From contig RBNJ01000204.1 in the NCBI GenBank assembly GCA_003990765.1, positions 1-36,711 of the forward strand: a stretch of DNA of 36,711 nt, given 5' to 3'. The DNA comes from Jimgerdemannia flammicorona (taxonomy: Eukaryota). Under the pieces are notes generated by a model. It ran no database searches and was not told the origin of the DNA. It saw only the letters and a program-made list of their open reading frames with translations. This document shows positions 12,700 through 24,289 of the stretch, piece after piece (the first letter of the stretch is position 1; each line of letters starts with the position of its first letter). Both the position numbers and the translations under genes were made by a program.

Positions 12700-13700
12700 C
12701 ATTTGAGAAGAGTACATTCTGATATCATAGAGGCATCAGCTACTCAGTACAAATCTATCTTCAATTTTCTTATAGAATTATTCTTTCTCATTCATAGTGA
12801 ATCGGACTGAGGTCTTGTTTGATGAGTCAAATCCTTTGAATCCTTGGATGGTGAGCAGTAGTTCAGGGACTTCCTTGACTATCAGAGTTGATTCAATTTT
12901 CTCAAATAGGATCTGGGCAATACAGAAACTGATGGAGATCTTAAAGAGTATCTAACTATGGTTTCAGATAAGGGCAATAATTTTGTCTATATAATTCTCA
13001 TCAATAACTTCTCCTTCAACTGAGAGTCCTTTCAGTACTAGGCTGCTGCAACAGTATATTCTTCCAATATATTCTTCCAGGATTTGAATGCTGATTCTTA
13101 TATAGATTTTCTTGACTTCTCAGTTGGAAACTATAGCTTCTTTGGCTATATATAGATCATATCTGACTGCTTTTTGACTTCCTTTAATTAGAGCCTTGGC
13201 AGTTGATCTTAACTTAGTAAAGTTTACTATTTTGGTGATCAGATTGTTAACAGAGAGTTTTTCTTGCTTCTTCTTTAAGAATATGGTAGGTCTTGCAATT
13301 CTGAAAGTAATAATATAAGGCAGTCTTGGTCTTAGTATAGTGAAAGTCAGTAGAATTGAGCTACTTGACTATAGAGGCTTAGGCTTCATGAGAAACTAAA
13401 ACTAGAAAGATAGCTACTGGTTGTCCTAGGTCACTCAGGTTTGTGGAGCTGACAAAACTCTTATAGAAAAGAGTAAAGAAGACTTCTATAAGACCTTCTT
13501 CATCTTGACTTATGAGTATAGAGTAAGAAGTTTGATATATAGGATTTTATCTATCTGCTAGTTTAATTGAAGTACTTCTTTTTATAGATAAAGTCTATCC
13601 CACTTATTATAGATATAAAGATCAAATTGTTCTTATATATCAAATTTAATTCTCTCCAGATTATCAGATAGTTTAGGATAAATTCCAGTTCAGAGGTTGG
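12700..13700 (-). pseudogene. Element A gag remnant
   Basis: Lies between PBS and protease, with a decayed zinc-knuckle-like region near 12690-12745. Boundaries approximate. Confidence 0.55.
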
Positions 13701-13781
13701 GCTTTATACCAACTTGTAGAAATTCTTATAGAGGTTTGTAGCAGAGTGAGGAAGCATCTTGAAGTAGAATTGGATTGTAAA

Positions 13782-13793
13782 CTACTACTACCA
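13782..13793 (-). promoter_or_regulatory. Primer-binding site of element A (tRNA-iMet-like)
   Basis: TGGTAGTAGTAG 3 nt inside the 5' LTR; TGGTAG(C>T)AG is compatible with an initiator-Met tRNA 3' end. Confidence 0.65.
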
Positions 13794-13796
13794 AGT

Positions 13797-15394
13797 TATA
13801 AGAGGGTTACTTGTTAGAGTAACCATTATATAGTTCTGGAAGGGTTTTCTAAAAGTTCTAGATATTCTGAACTATACTGAATATAGATATAGTACTTAGT
13901 GCCTTGCTGAGTTGAAATTTAGTCATATAGTATAAGTGTGAACTAATATATCAAGAGATCATCTGACTGCTGAGTCAGTTTATAGCTATGTTATATAAGG
14001 CTAATCTAACTATACTAATGACTGCTAAGCTATCTATAGATTTAGATACTATCTGGATAGTCTTCAATAATACCATTATTAATAATATTATCTCTAATAA
14101 AGTAGTTACCAGAAAGAGTAGTTCTCAGATTACTTTTCTTTGTTCACTCAGATAATAATATATCAGAACCTCATCACTGTTCTACAGAATAGCATCATCT
14201 ATCTTATATGCTAGATATAGAGTTGGTGGGCAAAGGAGGGATATATTATCTTCACTTTCATCAGATTTGCTATCTGTGTATCTTCTATAGGTTACAGTAC
14301 TATATATTGCTAAATTATAGTAAGCTGACAGCTATTGTTCATATTACTCATACTTAGGTGGTAAAGTTGTCTAGAGGTATAGGTTGTATTCTCCAGTCTC
14401 TTCATTGAAGTTGAAGTAGTTGGGGGGTAAATGCAGATTGGTACTCATACCAGTGATCATTATTCCAATAAATCTCATAAATAGTTATGAACTATTGTAA
14501 GTTTATTAGCAAAGTTAGTAGAGTGATTAGAGCTGGCAGAAATTCTTAGCTGGAGGTCATATCAGTGTTGAAGGGATCATTATCTTCTACTTTATTATTA
14601 TCAAACTAGATTATATTATAGATATCCTTTATAGCATATCTAACTTGGAGCATTTGCATGATATAGTTATTGAGATGTAGGAAGGTTCTGTCTGTAGTCT
14701 GGACATACTCAATATACTTATGATTGAGTTCTTATACCATATTGTTGATTTGACTATAAGATAGAGTAATAATTATTTCAGTAGTAGTAACTCAAAGATA
14801 GAGAATAAAGGTGCTATACTCATAAAAGAGTTCTTTATATTTGTGGATAATAAGTTTCAAGTGTTAGGATATCTGAATAATATCTATGACATAGTAGTGT
14901 TCAACTATATCTTTCAGAAGACAGCTGATCTAGTAGTAGCTTGAGATTTGTCTAATTCAGTGAGCTTCACTGAGTATGTTCAGAGTATTCTATCAGGCAT
15001 CTATGAAGTAGAGGGGTACTAAGCTATAGATATTCATAAGAGGTAAGAGAGGTGTGGCTTGGTTGATAATAATATTTCAAATATCAGCACAGATACAGTT
15101 GTAGATCTTAGTGGTCATGTTTATATATATGTTCAAGAGTTATAGTTGTTTGTTTGGTTTATTGTAGTTCTTGTTTTGATATATCTGAGTATTCAATATA
15201 TATATATATATATATATTCAGTCTTGATTGGTAAGGTTCTATTTGTGTAAATCTTATATTTCATAACTTCAAGTTGACTCAGCTTTATACTCTGTGACTT
15301 TGGTTTAACTCAGCTTTGTGATTTTGCATATGATTTCTGGATTTGATCTGAGAGTGATGTATGATTTCAGTGGCTTGGAGGTTGTATACTTATA
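13797..15394 (-). repeat. 5' LTR of element A (~1.6 kb, internal deletion)
   Basis: Matches 912-2918 but lacks the segment equivalent to ~987-1418. Confidence 0.92.
14600..15118 (-). pseudogene. Second copy of the U3 accessory ORF in the element A 5' LTR
   Basis: MTTKIYNCICADI*NIIINQATP... co-linear with the 2120-2720 copy. Confidence 0.65.
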
Positions 15395-15601
15395 TTAATA
15401 GTATTTTTTCACCTGCTAGAAATCTCCTAAGACTACTTCTCAGAAATGGGTCAGGGCTTGCTTATTATCTTTAAATAGTTTATAGATCTACTTGGCTATA
15501 CTGATCTGAATATAAGATATCTGGCACTCTGTGATCTATTCTTCTTTGATTATATCCTTCTTATTTAGCAATTTCTCTAACTTAAAGTATTCTTAAAACT
15601 C
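15395..15601 (-). pseudogene. Element C accessory ORF3 (after integrase), split by element A
   Basis: EF*EYFKLEKLLNKKDII...ISIAK*IYKLFKDNKQALTHF*EVVLGDF*QVKKYY*. Confidence 0.6.
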
Positions 15602-15629
15602 AATATAATATTAATAGGCTCTAAAGTAT

Positions 15630-16960
15630 AAAATTTATAATAAGTGAGTCTATATGATACTTTAAATATTGTCAAAGAATTCCTTTATAGCTGGTAGCTC
15701 AATGGAACATTATTATCTTTCTATAACTCACTAGACAGCACTTGTAATCTTGAGGGCCAGAGTAGTACTTCATTGATTAGTCATAGTACTTTTTGAGTTA
15801 GTTTTGATAAATAATAGTAAAGATAATTATACCTAATAGTTTTTGTAGCCAAAAGGTAGTTCTTTTTATATTTTACACAATATCAGATTCTTCTCACTTA
15901 GACTAACCATAAAGCTTTTACTATATTTTGATATATCAGAACTTTATCTCCTATCTTGATAATCTTCAGAGACTTATAAATCTTCTCTATATTATTTCAT
16001 TACAATATCTGTATCTTAATTATATAATCTTCAGCCTTCTTTCTTATTTAGTACAATTACTATATCTCAGTATCTATATATTTCTATACTATATCTCTAT
16101 TGAACAATAAGGTTCTTTTAGAACTTTCTTGAATAGTAATTCTTAAGGAGTAAAATGAATACTTTGTGATTATATATCCTAAAGAGTAGATAATACTATT
16201 AATAGATAGTAGTTCCAATTATTATAGTTATTTCAGATCTTAATAATAATATTCTTAAATATTCTATTAGTTCTTTTAGTCTGTCTATTTCTCTATAGAT
16301 GATAGGCTGTAATTCAAATATACTAAATCTTGTACTTCTTATATAGAATCTCAAAGAGCTAGTTCATAAATTCAGTTTCTCTATCTATTATTACTTACTT
16401 TAAGATCTTGAATTAGCAAATAATTTCTCTATAAAAGAAATTAGTAATTGACTATATATTAACTTCTTTGAGAGATTCTGCTTCTATCCATTTCATAAAG
16501 AAGTCTATAATGATAATAATGTATTTGTTATCAGTTAATATCAAGGGTAGTAAGTTAATTATATCTATTATAATATAAATATATAATACTAGTTCTATGT
16601 CTACTGATACTGATTCTATATCTACTGATTCTGATATCTAGTTTCACTAATCTTATTTTTATTTTTGATATTTATCATAGGTCTTGACAAATCATCTGAT
16701 ATCTTCCTTTATTCCAGACTACTATATTGTTCTTTTTGCCTTATTATAGATATTTATTCCTTCTAAATAGTCAAGTTTATATACTAATTTTATTACTTGT
16801 TCTTTCTTGTACTCTGATATAACTAATAGTTCTTTAGTATTTCTCTATCAGTTTTTAATTATTTCCAGCTTCTATTGATAATTATTTATATCTATTTTCC
16901 AGGTATTAGAGTATCTTTACTATTTTAAATAGGTGATAATTCTGTAGTAGAGTTTCTTAT
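15630..16960 (-). pseudogene. Element C integrase (no chromodomain)
   Basis: SGIKEDIR*FVKTYDKYQK (HHCC Zn finger), DIINLLTL...NKYIIIIIDF, AYHL*RNRQTKRTN, heavily decayed. Confidence 0.8.
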
Positions 16961-16989
16961 TTATTTTGATTTTACTAGTTGTGAGTTCT

Positions 16990-19450
16990 TTGAGATTTCT
17001 GTAAGATATATCTATATTAGTATTATATCTTCCTGAGTAGTACATAATAGTTGTATTATAGACTTACAGTTTTATAATCTATTTAACAAATATTTCTTTA
17101 GATTGACTGATGATCAATAACTAGATAAAGGCTGAATCATTAGTCAGAATAGTGAAGTATCTTTCAACAAAGTAGTAGTAAAACTTTCTACAGCCCAGAT
17201 GACTATAAGATACTCCAGCTTATAGAATTTATATTCTCTTTCTCTTTTGTAGTTTCTTAGCTAAGATATATAATTATATATTCAATCTTATTCTTCTTTT
17301 ATATAAAAACTACTCTTAGTCTAATTGAGCTTACATTTATCTATAAGATAAACTCTTGAAGCCAGTCAGATCTTCTCAAGATAGATATCTGAGAGACCTT
17401 GAGATGTTTGAATACTTGTTATTACCTATCAATCTATTAGAACTTGGTATCTTTCTTAAATAATTCATAGATAGGATCTATAATACTTTGATAAATCTTA
17501 ATTGAGTCTATATAGGTTCTATTCTAATTGATAAATATCTAAGATAGGAGATCTTGATTTTACTGAACTTATACTTCTTTAGCTTAATAAACAGGTCATA
17601 ATCTCTCAGTTTTTGCAGAATTTGATAAATATAGTTCAGATATTCCTTAGTTATCTTGCTGTAGATAACTATATCATCTATATCAGCTCCTTTCTCTGCT
17701 ACCTTACTGGTTACAAGGTTTGGTAGGCAACCTTCCAAGTCCCCTTTCCCCTAATATTACCCCCTCTACCTCGGGTTGGTTTACTATGCCTGCAGGGGCA
17801 TGGTGGGAGGAGGGCAATGGTGATGAGTTGCCCCTTTATCGGTGTCAGATCGGTGCTTCCTCTACTTTTTTGTGAATTTTGGTGCCTTCAGCTGTGTCTA
17901 GGGTATACCCGTTTTGGTGCAGCACCTTCTTCCTTTTGCTATCGCCAACAAGGAGTTGTCTCAGTGTGTCTCGGGCTACGTAGGGAGTCGGCCGACCTTG
18001 GGCATCAAGTGCTCAGTGTAGGTTACCTGCAGGTCCTCGGTACCTGTGGTGGGGCCCTCTGGCTTTGGTGAGCTTCCTGGCAAGCGTGGTTCTGGCGTAG
18101 GTGACTGCTTTTCGGATGTTGTCGGGATGGGAGGGGAGATGGCTGTCACAGATAGACAGAAGGGCGATTATGGTGAACCAGTAGGGTACCAGGCTGGGGG
18201 CGGTCGTCGGGGCTGAGGCAGGTGCTGCTTCAGTGGGGCCTTTTGATTGGTGCAGCATAGTTAGGTGGTAGGTGTCACTATTGGCTTCTTTTGGCAGTCA
18301 GCGGGGTTGGGCCCCAGTCGTCAGGGGGGGTTGGGAGGCCCGAGGCTACCCATTTCAGGCATCTTGGCTACACTCAACTGGAACCGGGAGCTGACATAGC
18401 AATGTGATCGAGGCCCACAGGCTTGAGTAGTGGGGTATTGGGGGCTTCCTCCCGCCTCACGTGTAAGTCCTTTACTCACCTCAACTGGGAGAACCAGGCC
18501 CTACCCACCATGTTGTGCTTTGATGAGGGTTTTTTATTTACCTATCATTCTCTTTGGGGTGGTAGGGACTATTCTATTCGGCTTAGACATGGTCTTGTAC
18601 ATATGTTGGGTTCTCAGGTATGCACTTTCAGTCGTTGGCATATGGTTGGGTTTCCCCTGGTGGTAGGGAGAGCATGGTGCACAGAATGAGGTGCGGGCTT
18701 ATTAGCCCTGCTGCACCTGACATGGTCGAGCTGCTGGACAATAGCTAGCCTAGGTTAATGGGGGGGCAGTGCTTGGTGGGTAGTGGGGGAGAGTTTTGGC
18801 CTATATAGTCTAGGTTCCCTTCCAATAAAAATCCATAGGACATGAGTCCGTAAAACAAAAACAAAAAAAACTATATCATCTATATAGATCATTATCTATT
18901 TTTTCATATTTTCTTGGAAAATCTTATTTATTATTTTTTAAAAACTTACTAGAGTATTATATATACTAAATGGTATTTGCAAGTAGACATAGGTCTATAT
19001 GGGGTAATTAATGCTAACTTTTTACTGACTTCTCTGATAAGGCCAATTTGATAGAATTCTGAGTATAAATTCAAGGTAGTGTAGTATTATACTCTATCTC
19101 TTAGTACATATCACCAGAATATCACTAATGAGAAGCAGTAATTAGTAATTCTTCTTAGTAACTTCATTCAGTTTTCTATAGTCTGTATAGAGTCTTGAGG
19201 TAAATTCTTCTAGTTTGCTTTTTTTCTTTAGAGCTAGTACAATTTATAAGAACTAGAGACTAATGGCCTCCTTAATGATATCAGTTTCTTCTATCTACTT
19301 GATTTTCTCTCTAAGCTATTTAAAATATACTAGTGGGATTGGTCTTGCCCTTTGATAGATTGGCTTAGTATCTTTTATATCTATATTATAATAATAGTAT
19401 AGTATCTTTCTTTTGATATCCTTGAAATCAGTGATAAGAATATTCTTAAA
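16990..19450 (-). pseudogene. Element C RT and RNase H, interrupted by retroposon E at the YIDD motif
   Basis: IYIDDIVIYSK duplicated by the TSD, LFIKLKKYKF, WAVESFYYYF, ILTND; N-terminal RT region 18886-19450. Confidence 0.85.
17684..18870 (+). mobile_element. Young GC-rich poly(A) retroposon E (5'-truncated L1/Tx1-like LINE derivative or non-autonomous element)
   Basis: Perfect 15-bp TSD CTATATCATCTATAT (17669-17683, 18871-18885); AATAAA 18824-18829; A-rich tail 18852-18870; about 30 CpG; 3' end WWVVGE resembles the LINE B ORF2 end DWVVGG. Confidence 0.85.
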
Positions 19451-20329
19451 TTCATGCAGTAGCTTCTTGAGTTCCTTTTTAAATAGAAATTTATTTCCAA
19501 TAGTTTAACTATACTTGTCTGTAATTTTCTCCTTCTTGTGGTTCAATTCAGTAATCTTGATACTAATAAAAACTCCTCTTTTTATAGATCCAAATTCTCT
19601 CCTTTCTTTTTCCATTTTCTCTAACTTCTTGACTTCTGAAATTCTGAGTTACAGTATCAGAAAGATCAGTATTTATGTAAGTTAATCTTTCTTCTTAACT
19701 ATAAACAGAATTGTAGAGTTGTAGTTCTTGACAATGAGTAAGATTTCTTTAATATAATCAGAATCAATAACTTCTTCTTCAATTAAAATTTCACTCTTAG
19801 CTAGACTACTTCTTATCTTGAGTATTCTAATATAGCTCTTAAGAATAGTCATCTCTAGTCTAGTTATAAGTAGATCTATTATCTGAAATTTGAGAATTAT
19901 CTCCTCAACTATAGTAATATCTATTTCAGCAATATTTTCTGACTTATATTCTAGTAGAACTATATTAAGATAAATTCTCTAAATCTTAACCTTTATTTCT
20001 TCTTCATCATCACTATTCTCTAAGAGTACTAGTGATTCATTCTTCTGGTCTTCTTTTTCTTACTGCTTCTGTCTTCTTTTCTTCTCTTTATAATGAATCT
20101 TATAGATCTTAGTAATATATTGATAGTACTTATTTATATACTTTATATAGTATATTCAAATTTCATAAGAATATACTTCTTGAGAGACATATTCTTTAGC
20201 AATCTTCTTATATCAGTCTTTTTCACTGATCTATTCAACCTTCTTTTTCTTTTGAGTAGTTACTATATAGACTTCTTTTTGCTTGCTGTCTTCTTTCTCT
20301 ATCTTAGAGTATTTTTTTTATTAATATTG

Positions 20330-20680
20330 ATGAAAATTCATATCTTTTGTTCTTAGTAAACAATCTGTATCTTTTGGAGATTTATGTTGATTATAGTCTT
20401 AGCCTTATAAAGCCACTGATTACTAATGAGAATATTATAATTAATAGTATTTATAATGATCACATCCACTAGAATGGTCACTTCTCTGAACTTAATAAAG
20501 ATATCTTAAATTCTTTCTAGAGAGATGGTATCTGCTGTGATGAATACCAATTTCATAGCTTCTTCAATTTTCCAATCTAGACAGTCTATAGCTTTCTTAC
20601 TGAGGAGGTATCCTCTTACTCCTATATCAATGATAACTTCAAAGATCCTATTCTCAATCTGACAGATAGCATAGGCAGAG
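20330..20680 (-). pseudogene. Element C aspartic protease
   Basis: FEVIIDIGVRGYLL (ex DTG) and IILISNQWL. Confidence 0.7.
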
Positions 20681-21199
20681 ATCTTGTAGTTATCTTTTTC
20701 ACTTTCTTCACCTGAATTCTTCTGTATATTATTGATCTCAACTATCTTTTACTCTTAATTCTTGACTGTTTCTGTAAGTCCTAGTCTCATTTATTATCTG
20801 AAGATGGGAATTTCTGCCAACTATCTAAAGGTTATATTGACTTTTTACTAGCTGAGATTCTTGAAGATATTATACTTAAAAATCTTACTCTTTTGTAGCT
20901 TCTTCTCCTTTTCTCCTTCACTGACAGAAGTATTGCCTCAGATGATACATATCTTTAACTACTTATTCAAGCTCTATATTTTAATCTATTTCCTCAGCTA
21001 TAGTTTTAATTTCTATAGATACTTCTATCTGTTCTTCTACAGACTATTCTACTGCTTTCTTCTTAGATCTTTCTAGTGGCCTCTTGTAGGGTTTCTGGCA
21101 GATATTTCTCTTGGAGATAAGGACTAAATAGACTTTTTATTCTTTTATTTTCTCTGAATCTCCAATCTCTTTAAAGATGATAATATTGGTCTGTTTATA

Positions 21200-22090
21200 G
21201 ATTTTAATAGTATTACTTAGCTGAATCTTATACTTAATCTTACTTATATATTCATAAAAGTAGTTACCTTCTTCTCTATATATATAGCAGATTTTTCTCT
21301 TCTTATTTATGGTAATAGCAAACTTTTGAACTAGGCAATAATCTCTTTCTCTGATTTCCTTTACTATATCTCTCAGATAAGTAGTTATTTCAGCAAACCT
21401 CTTAGCAAGTTTCTCCATAAGATAACTATTTCTCTACTACTCTATAGCCTTTGGCTGAGGTGTGTTTTAATTGATTATAGTTATAGAAATTACACTAGTC
21501 ATCTTAAGTACTTTGATTCTGACTTCTGTAACTCTCTTCATTATATAGTCTTGAGGGTATCTAGATATCTAATATTACTGAGCATAAGTTATCTTCTGTA
21601 CTAAGTCTAGGACTATTGATATTAATCCTATCTCTAGGTAAATACTTTTTATAAAGATTGTTTTAACAACTTAATCTTTAATAGTATTAGTATAATTAGT
21701 CAAGATTATCTGATAGCAGATTCAGTATAGAAGGTATTTGGATCTTTATTTATTTCTTAATAAATACTATTGAGTTAGTTCTTCAAAATCTGCTTTATTT
21801 TATCTATATAGTAAGTAGTTTACAACCAGGTCTTCTGTACTATTAATATTGTAGTATCATTATTTTTAGCATAAGTTACTACTATAAATATAGCTCTCAC
21901 TGATCCTCAGAGACTAAATAATATTAAAGTTACTTATTATTATACTGATAGAGTTTTGACAGTAGTATATTACTTGAAATTATTAATAAAGATAATGATT
22001 GATTCATTAGAGATATATTTATAAAATATTAGTAGTCTTATATCTATCTTGTCTAAATGTCTTGTTTTGATTTGAGTATATGTTTAGATA
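21200..22090 (-). pseudogene. Element C gag remnant with CCHC knuckle
   Basis: ICYIYREEGNYFYEY = decayed Cx2Cx4Hx4C (ORF 21137-21418); lies after the PBS. Confidence 0.7.
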
Positions 22091-22146
22091 GTAGTAATTA
22101 TTTATTATTTAGCTTAAAAGTGAGAGATTTATCTTGAATTACCAGC

Positions 22147-22158
22147 TAATAGATACTA
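22147..22158 (-). promoter_or_regulatory. Primer-binding site of element C
   Basis: TAGTATC.. (TGGTATC with one G>A) 3 nt inside the 5' LTR. Confidence 0.5.
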
Positions 22159-22161
22159 AGT

Positions 22162-22564
22162 TATAATAGTAGATATATACTAACAAAAGTGCAGTAGATT
22201 TTTTTATCTTAAATACTTGATCTTCTTTAACTTCTCGGAGTCCTCAGGTACAGAGGTAGATGAGTTTGAAGTATATCTGCCTACAGGTTTACTAGTTCTT
22301 TATCTCTTTACTTAAACTATTTTGATCTCAGATTTATTTACTTTAGATACTAGAGATATTTATATAAGTTTACTAGCTATATAGTAGCTAAGTTAAGACT
22401 TCTTTTCCTATAAGTTATTTTATATAGTTGAGAGATTGATATATCTGTAAAATCTGTACAAATGGGAGATCATTATATCTGAGAGATTTATATAGCTATA
22501 CTTTTATATAATTATACAAATTATATAACTGAGAGATTAAGTGACTGCTAAACTATAATACTAT
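22162..22564 (-). repeat. 5' LTR of element C, part 1 (split by D)
   Basis: Co-linear with 326-~740. Confidence 0.88.
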
Positions 22565-23892
22565 TATGATATGAACTTCCAGTATAGCATAGTTACTTAT
22601 GTCTACTACACTTATAATTAGCCAGAATACCAAATCAGGGTTATTTATCTATATTCTGAGGACACACCTATATCTGGTAGATATACTTATATTCTGTAGA
22701 TATACTCATATCCTGTAGACACACTCATATCCTATAGATATACTTATGTTCTATAGACATACTTAAATATTACTAGAGATGATAAATCTATAATTATTCA
22801 GATAGCAACTAGATAGTAACCATAATATATAAAATACCCCAGAGATAAGAGTGAATAAACCTCAGTCCAAATTGAAGTACAAATTAAAGAAGTTTTTAAA
22901 GATTGAGCATTAGTCTCCTTTTTCTATTTTGGTCTATTTTTTGATAGAAAGAACAAGTCTATTTTTAGTTTACTTGCTAGATAAGCCTGCCAAAGTTCAA
23001 GTAAAGAACTTTGCCACTATTTAAGTAGTCTGTCACTTAAGAAATAAGCTATCATTTTTAAGAAATTTGCTATCTTATTACAAAGCCAGTCTGTTGACAC
23101 AACTTTGCAGTGAACTTATTTATATAAATGAAGCCAGTCTCAATATAACTTTGCCAAGAACCTGTATTCCCAGAGAGCTCTTAAGGAATCTTGCTACAAG
23201 CCAGCCTCTTGATGTAACTTTATAGTAGAGCTAGTCTATGATATAACCCTATGCAAATGAAACTAGTCTTTAACATAACTTACTGAGAATCCATATTATC
23301 TAAGTTATCTGAATATTCACTATCTGAGTTATTTATCTATTCCCAGTAAGCCCAATTTAGAAGAATCCATACTATCCACTATTCTCAAAAGAGCTAATTC
23401 AGAAAAATCTGCAATATCTAAGTTATTTAAGTTATTTGAATTATCTGTACTATCTAAGTTATTATTCAAGAAGTCTGCTAATTTAGAATCTGCACCAAAT
23501 CAAGTTATCTATCAAATTATATATTTTTGGAGATTATTGCACTATATAGAGATTACCTATTACTTAAGAAGGAAAACTACTAAATTACTAGACTACTTCA
23601 TATAAGAAAACCCATTACACTATATAGAGATTATTATGCAGAAATCACCTATCACTTAAGAAAAAAACTGCTAAATTACCAGTCTGCCACATACACAAAT
23701 TACTACTATACTCAAGAACCTATCCTAATAAGAATATTACTTATTATATCTAGATTGATTATTATATCTCTAAATACTAATAAGAAAACTCAGAATATTT
23801 TGCTACTTTTTAACAAAGTAACTAGGAGTTCAAGCCAAACTACATCAACCCCCATCCTTGTAATTTACCTCTATTGAGTCAGGTATATTATA
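22565..23892 (+). repeat. 5' LTR of element D
   Basis: Co-linear with 31447-32820; TATATAAAA ~22826, AATAAA ~22854; internal tandem sub-repeats. Confidence 0.92.
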
Positions 23893-23894
23893 TT

Positions 23895-23911
23895 TGGAGG
23901 CTCAACTAAGA
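23895..23911 (+). promoter_or_regulatory. Primer-binding site of element D (TGGAGG type; tRNA-Gln-like, Thr/Cys possible)
   Basis: TGGAGGCTCAACTAAGA 2 nt after the 5' LTR. Confidence 0.7.
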
Positions 23912-24289
23912 AGATTTCAAATCAATGTAACTTTTTAGCTTATAAGAACCTATAGTCAAACTGAATACATTTGATATAATACCAATCTCTACTACTATAG
24001 GAGAACTAGTCATCACCAGCATTTGGACAGGAAGAGAAGTAATTACTTCAAGACTTGTCAACTACCCAGTATCAGAAAGATTCCAACCAGAAGCTAGTAT
24101 AGTATAGAATTTCCAGCCAGTACTAACAGACTTATTACAGAATCAATCAGATCAACCAGATTATACAGACAGCCTTGCCAGAATTTTTAATAAGCTAGTA
24201 TATCAACTTGAAGACCTCATTGAATAAATCTGATTCTCTATAAAAGACTCACTAATTTCATCTATTGATCTCTTACCACCAGCTACTAC

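Larger units (their letters stand above)
912..15394 (-). mobile_element. Ty3/gypsy chromovirus A with long LTRs, degenerate; interrupted by LINE B
   Basis: LTRs 912-2918 and 13797-15394; 5-bp TSD TTAAT (907-911, 15395-15399); PBS 13782-13793; PPT 2922-2929; gag-PR-RT-RH-IN-chromodomain. Confidence 0.92.

Noticed and set aside
909..15397. Non-canonical AGT...ACT LTR termini for element A
   Set aside because: The TTAAT TSD fixes the outer ends at TA(TG)...TA(CA); AGT/ACT occur only at inner junctions.
18835..18857. Hammerhead-like words (ATGAGTCC, GGAC, AAAC) at the end of E
   Set aside because: No CTGANGA core before stem II and no flanking stems; only a 4-bp hairpin.
17684..18870. Bacterial contamination or horizontal transfer as the explanation for the GC/CpG island
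   Set aside because: Perfect TSD, AATAAA and an A tail indicate retrotransposition.
20093..21076. Hydrophobic, membrane-protein-looking ORFs (possible env)
   Set aside because: Antisense to A-rich gag/pol of element C; the F/L/I richness is compositional.
22660..22765. Regularly spaced repeats resembling a CRISPR array
   Set aside because: Head-to-tail degenerate units without unique spacers, inside a eukaryotic LTR.
22900..23400. Possible antisense ORF in the D LTR U5
   Set aside because: Many stops, no recognisable motif, and explained by sub-repeats.
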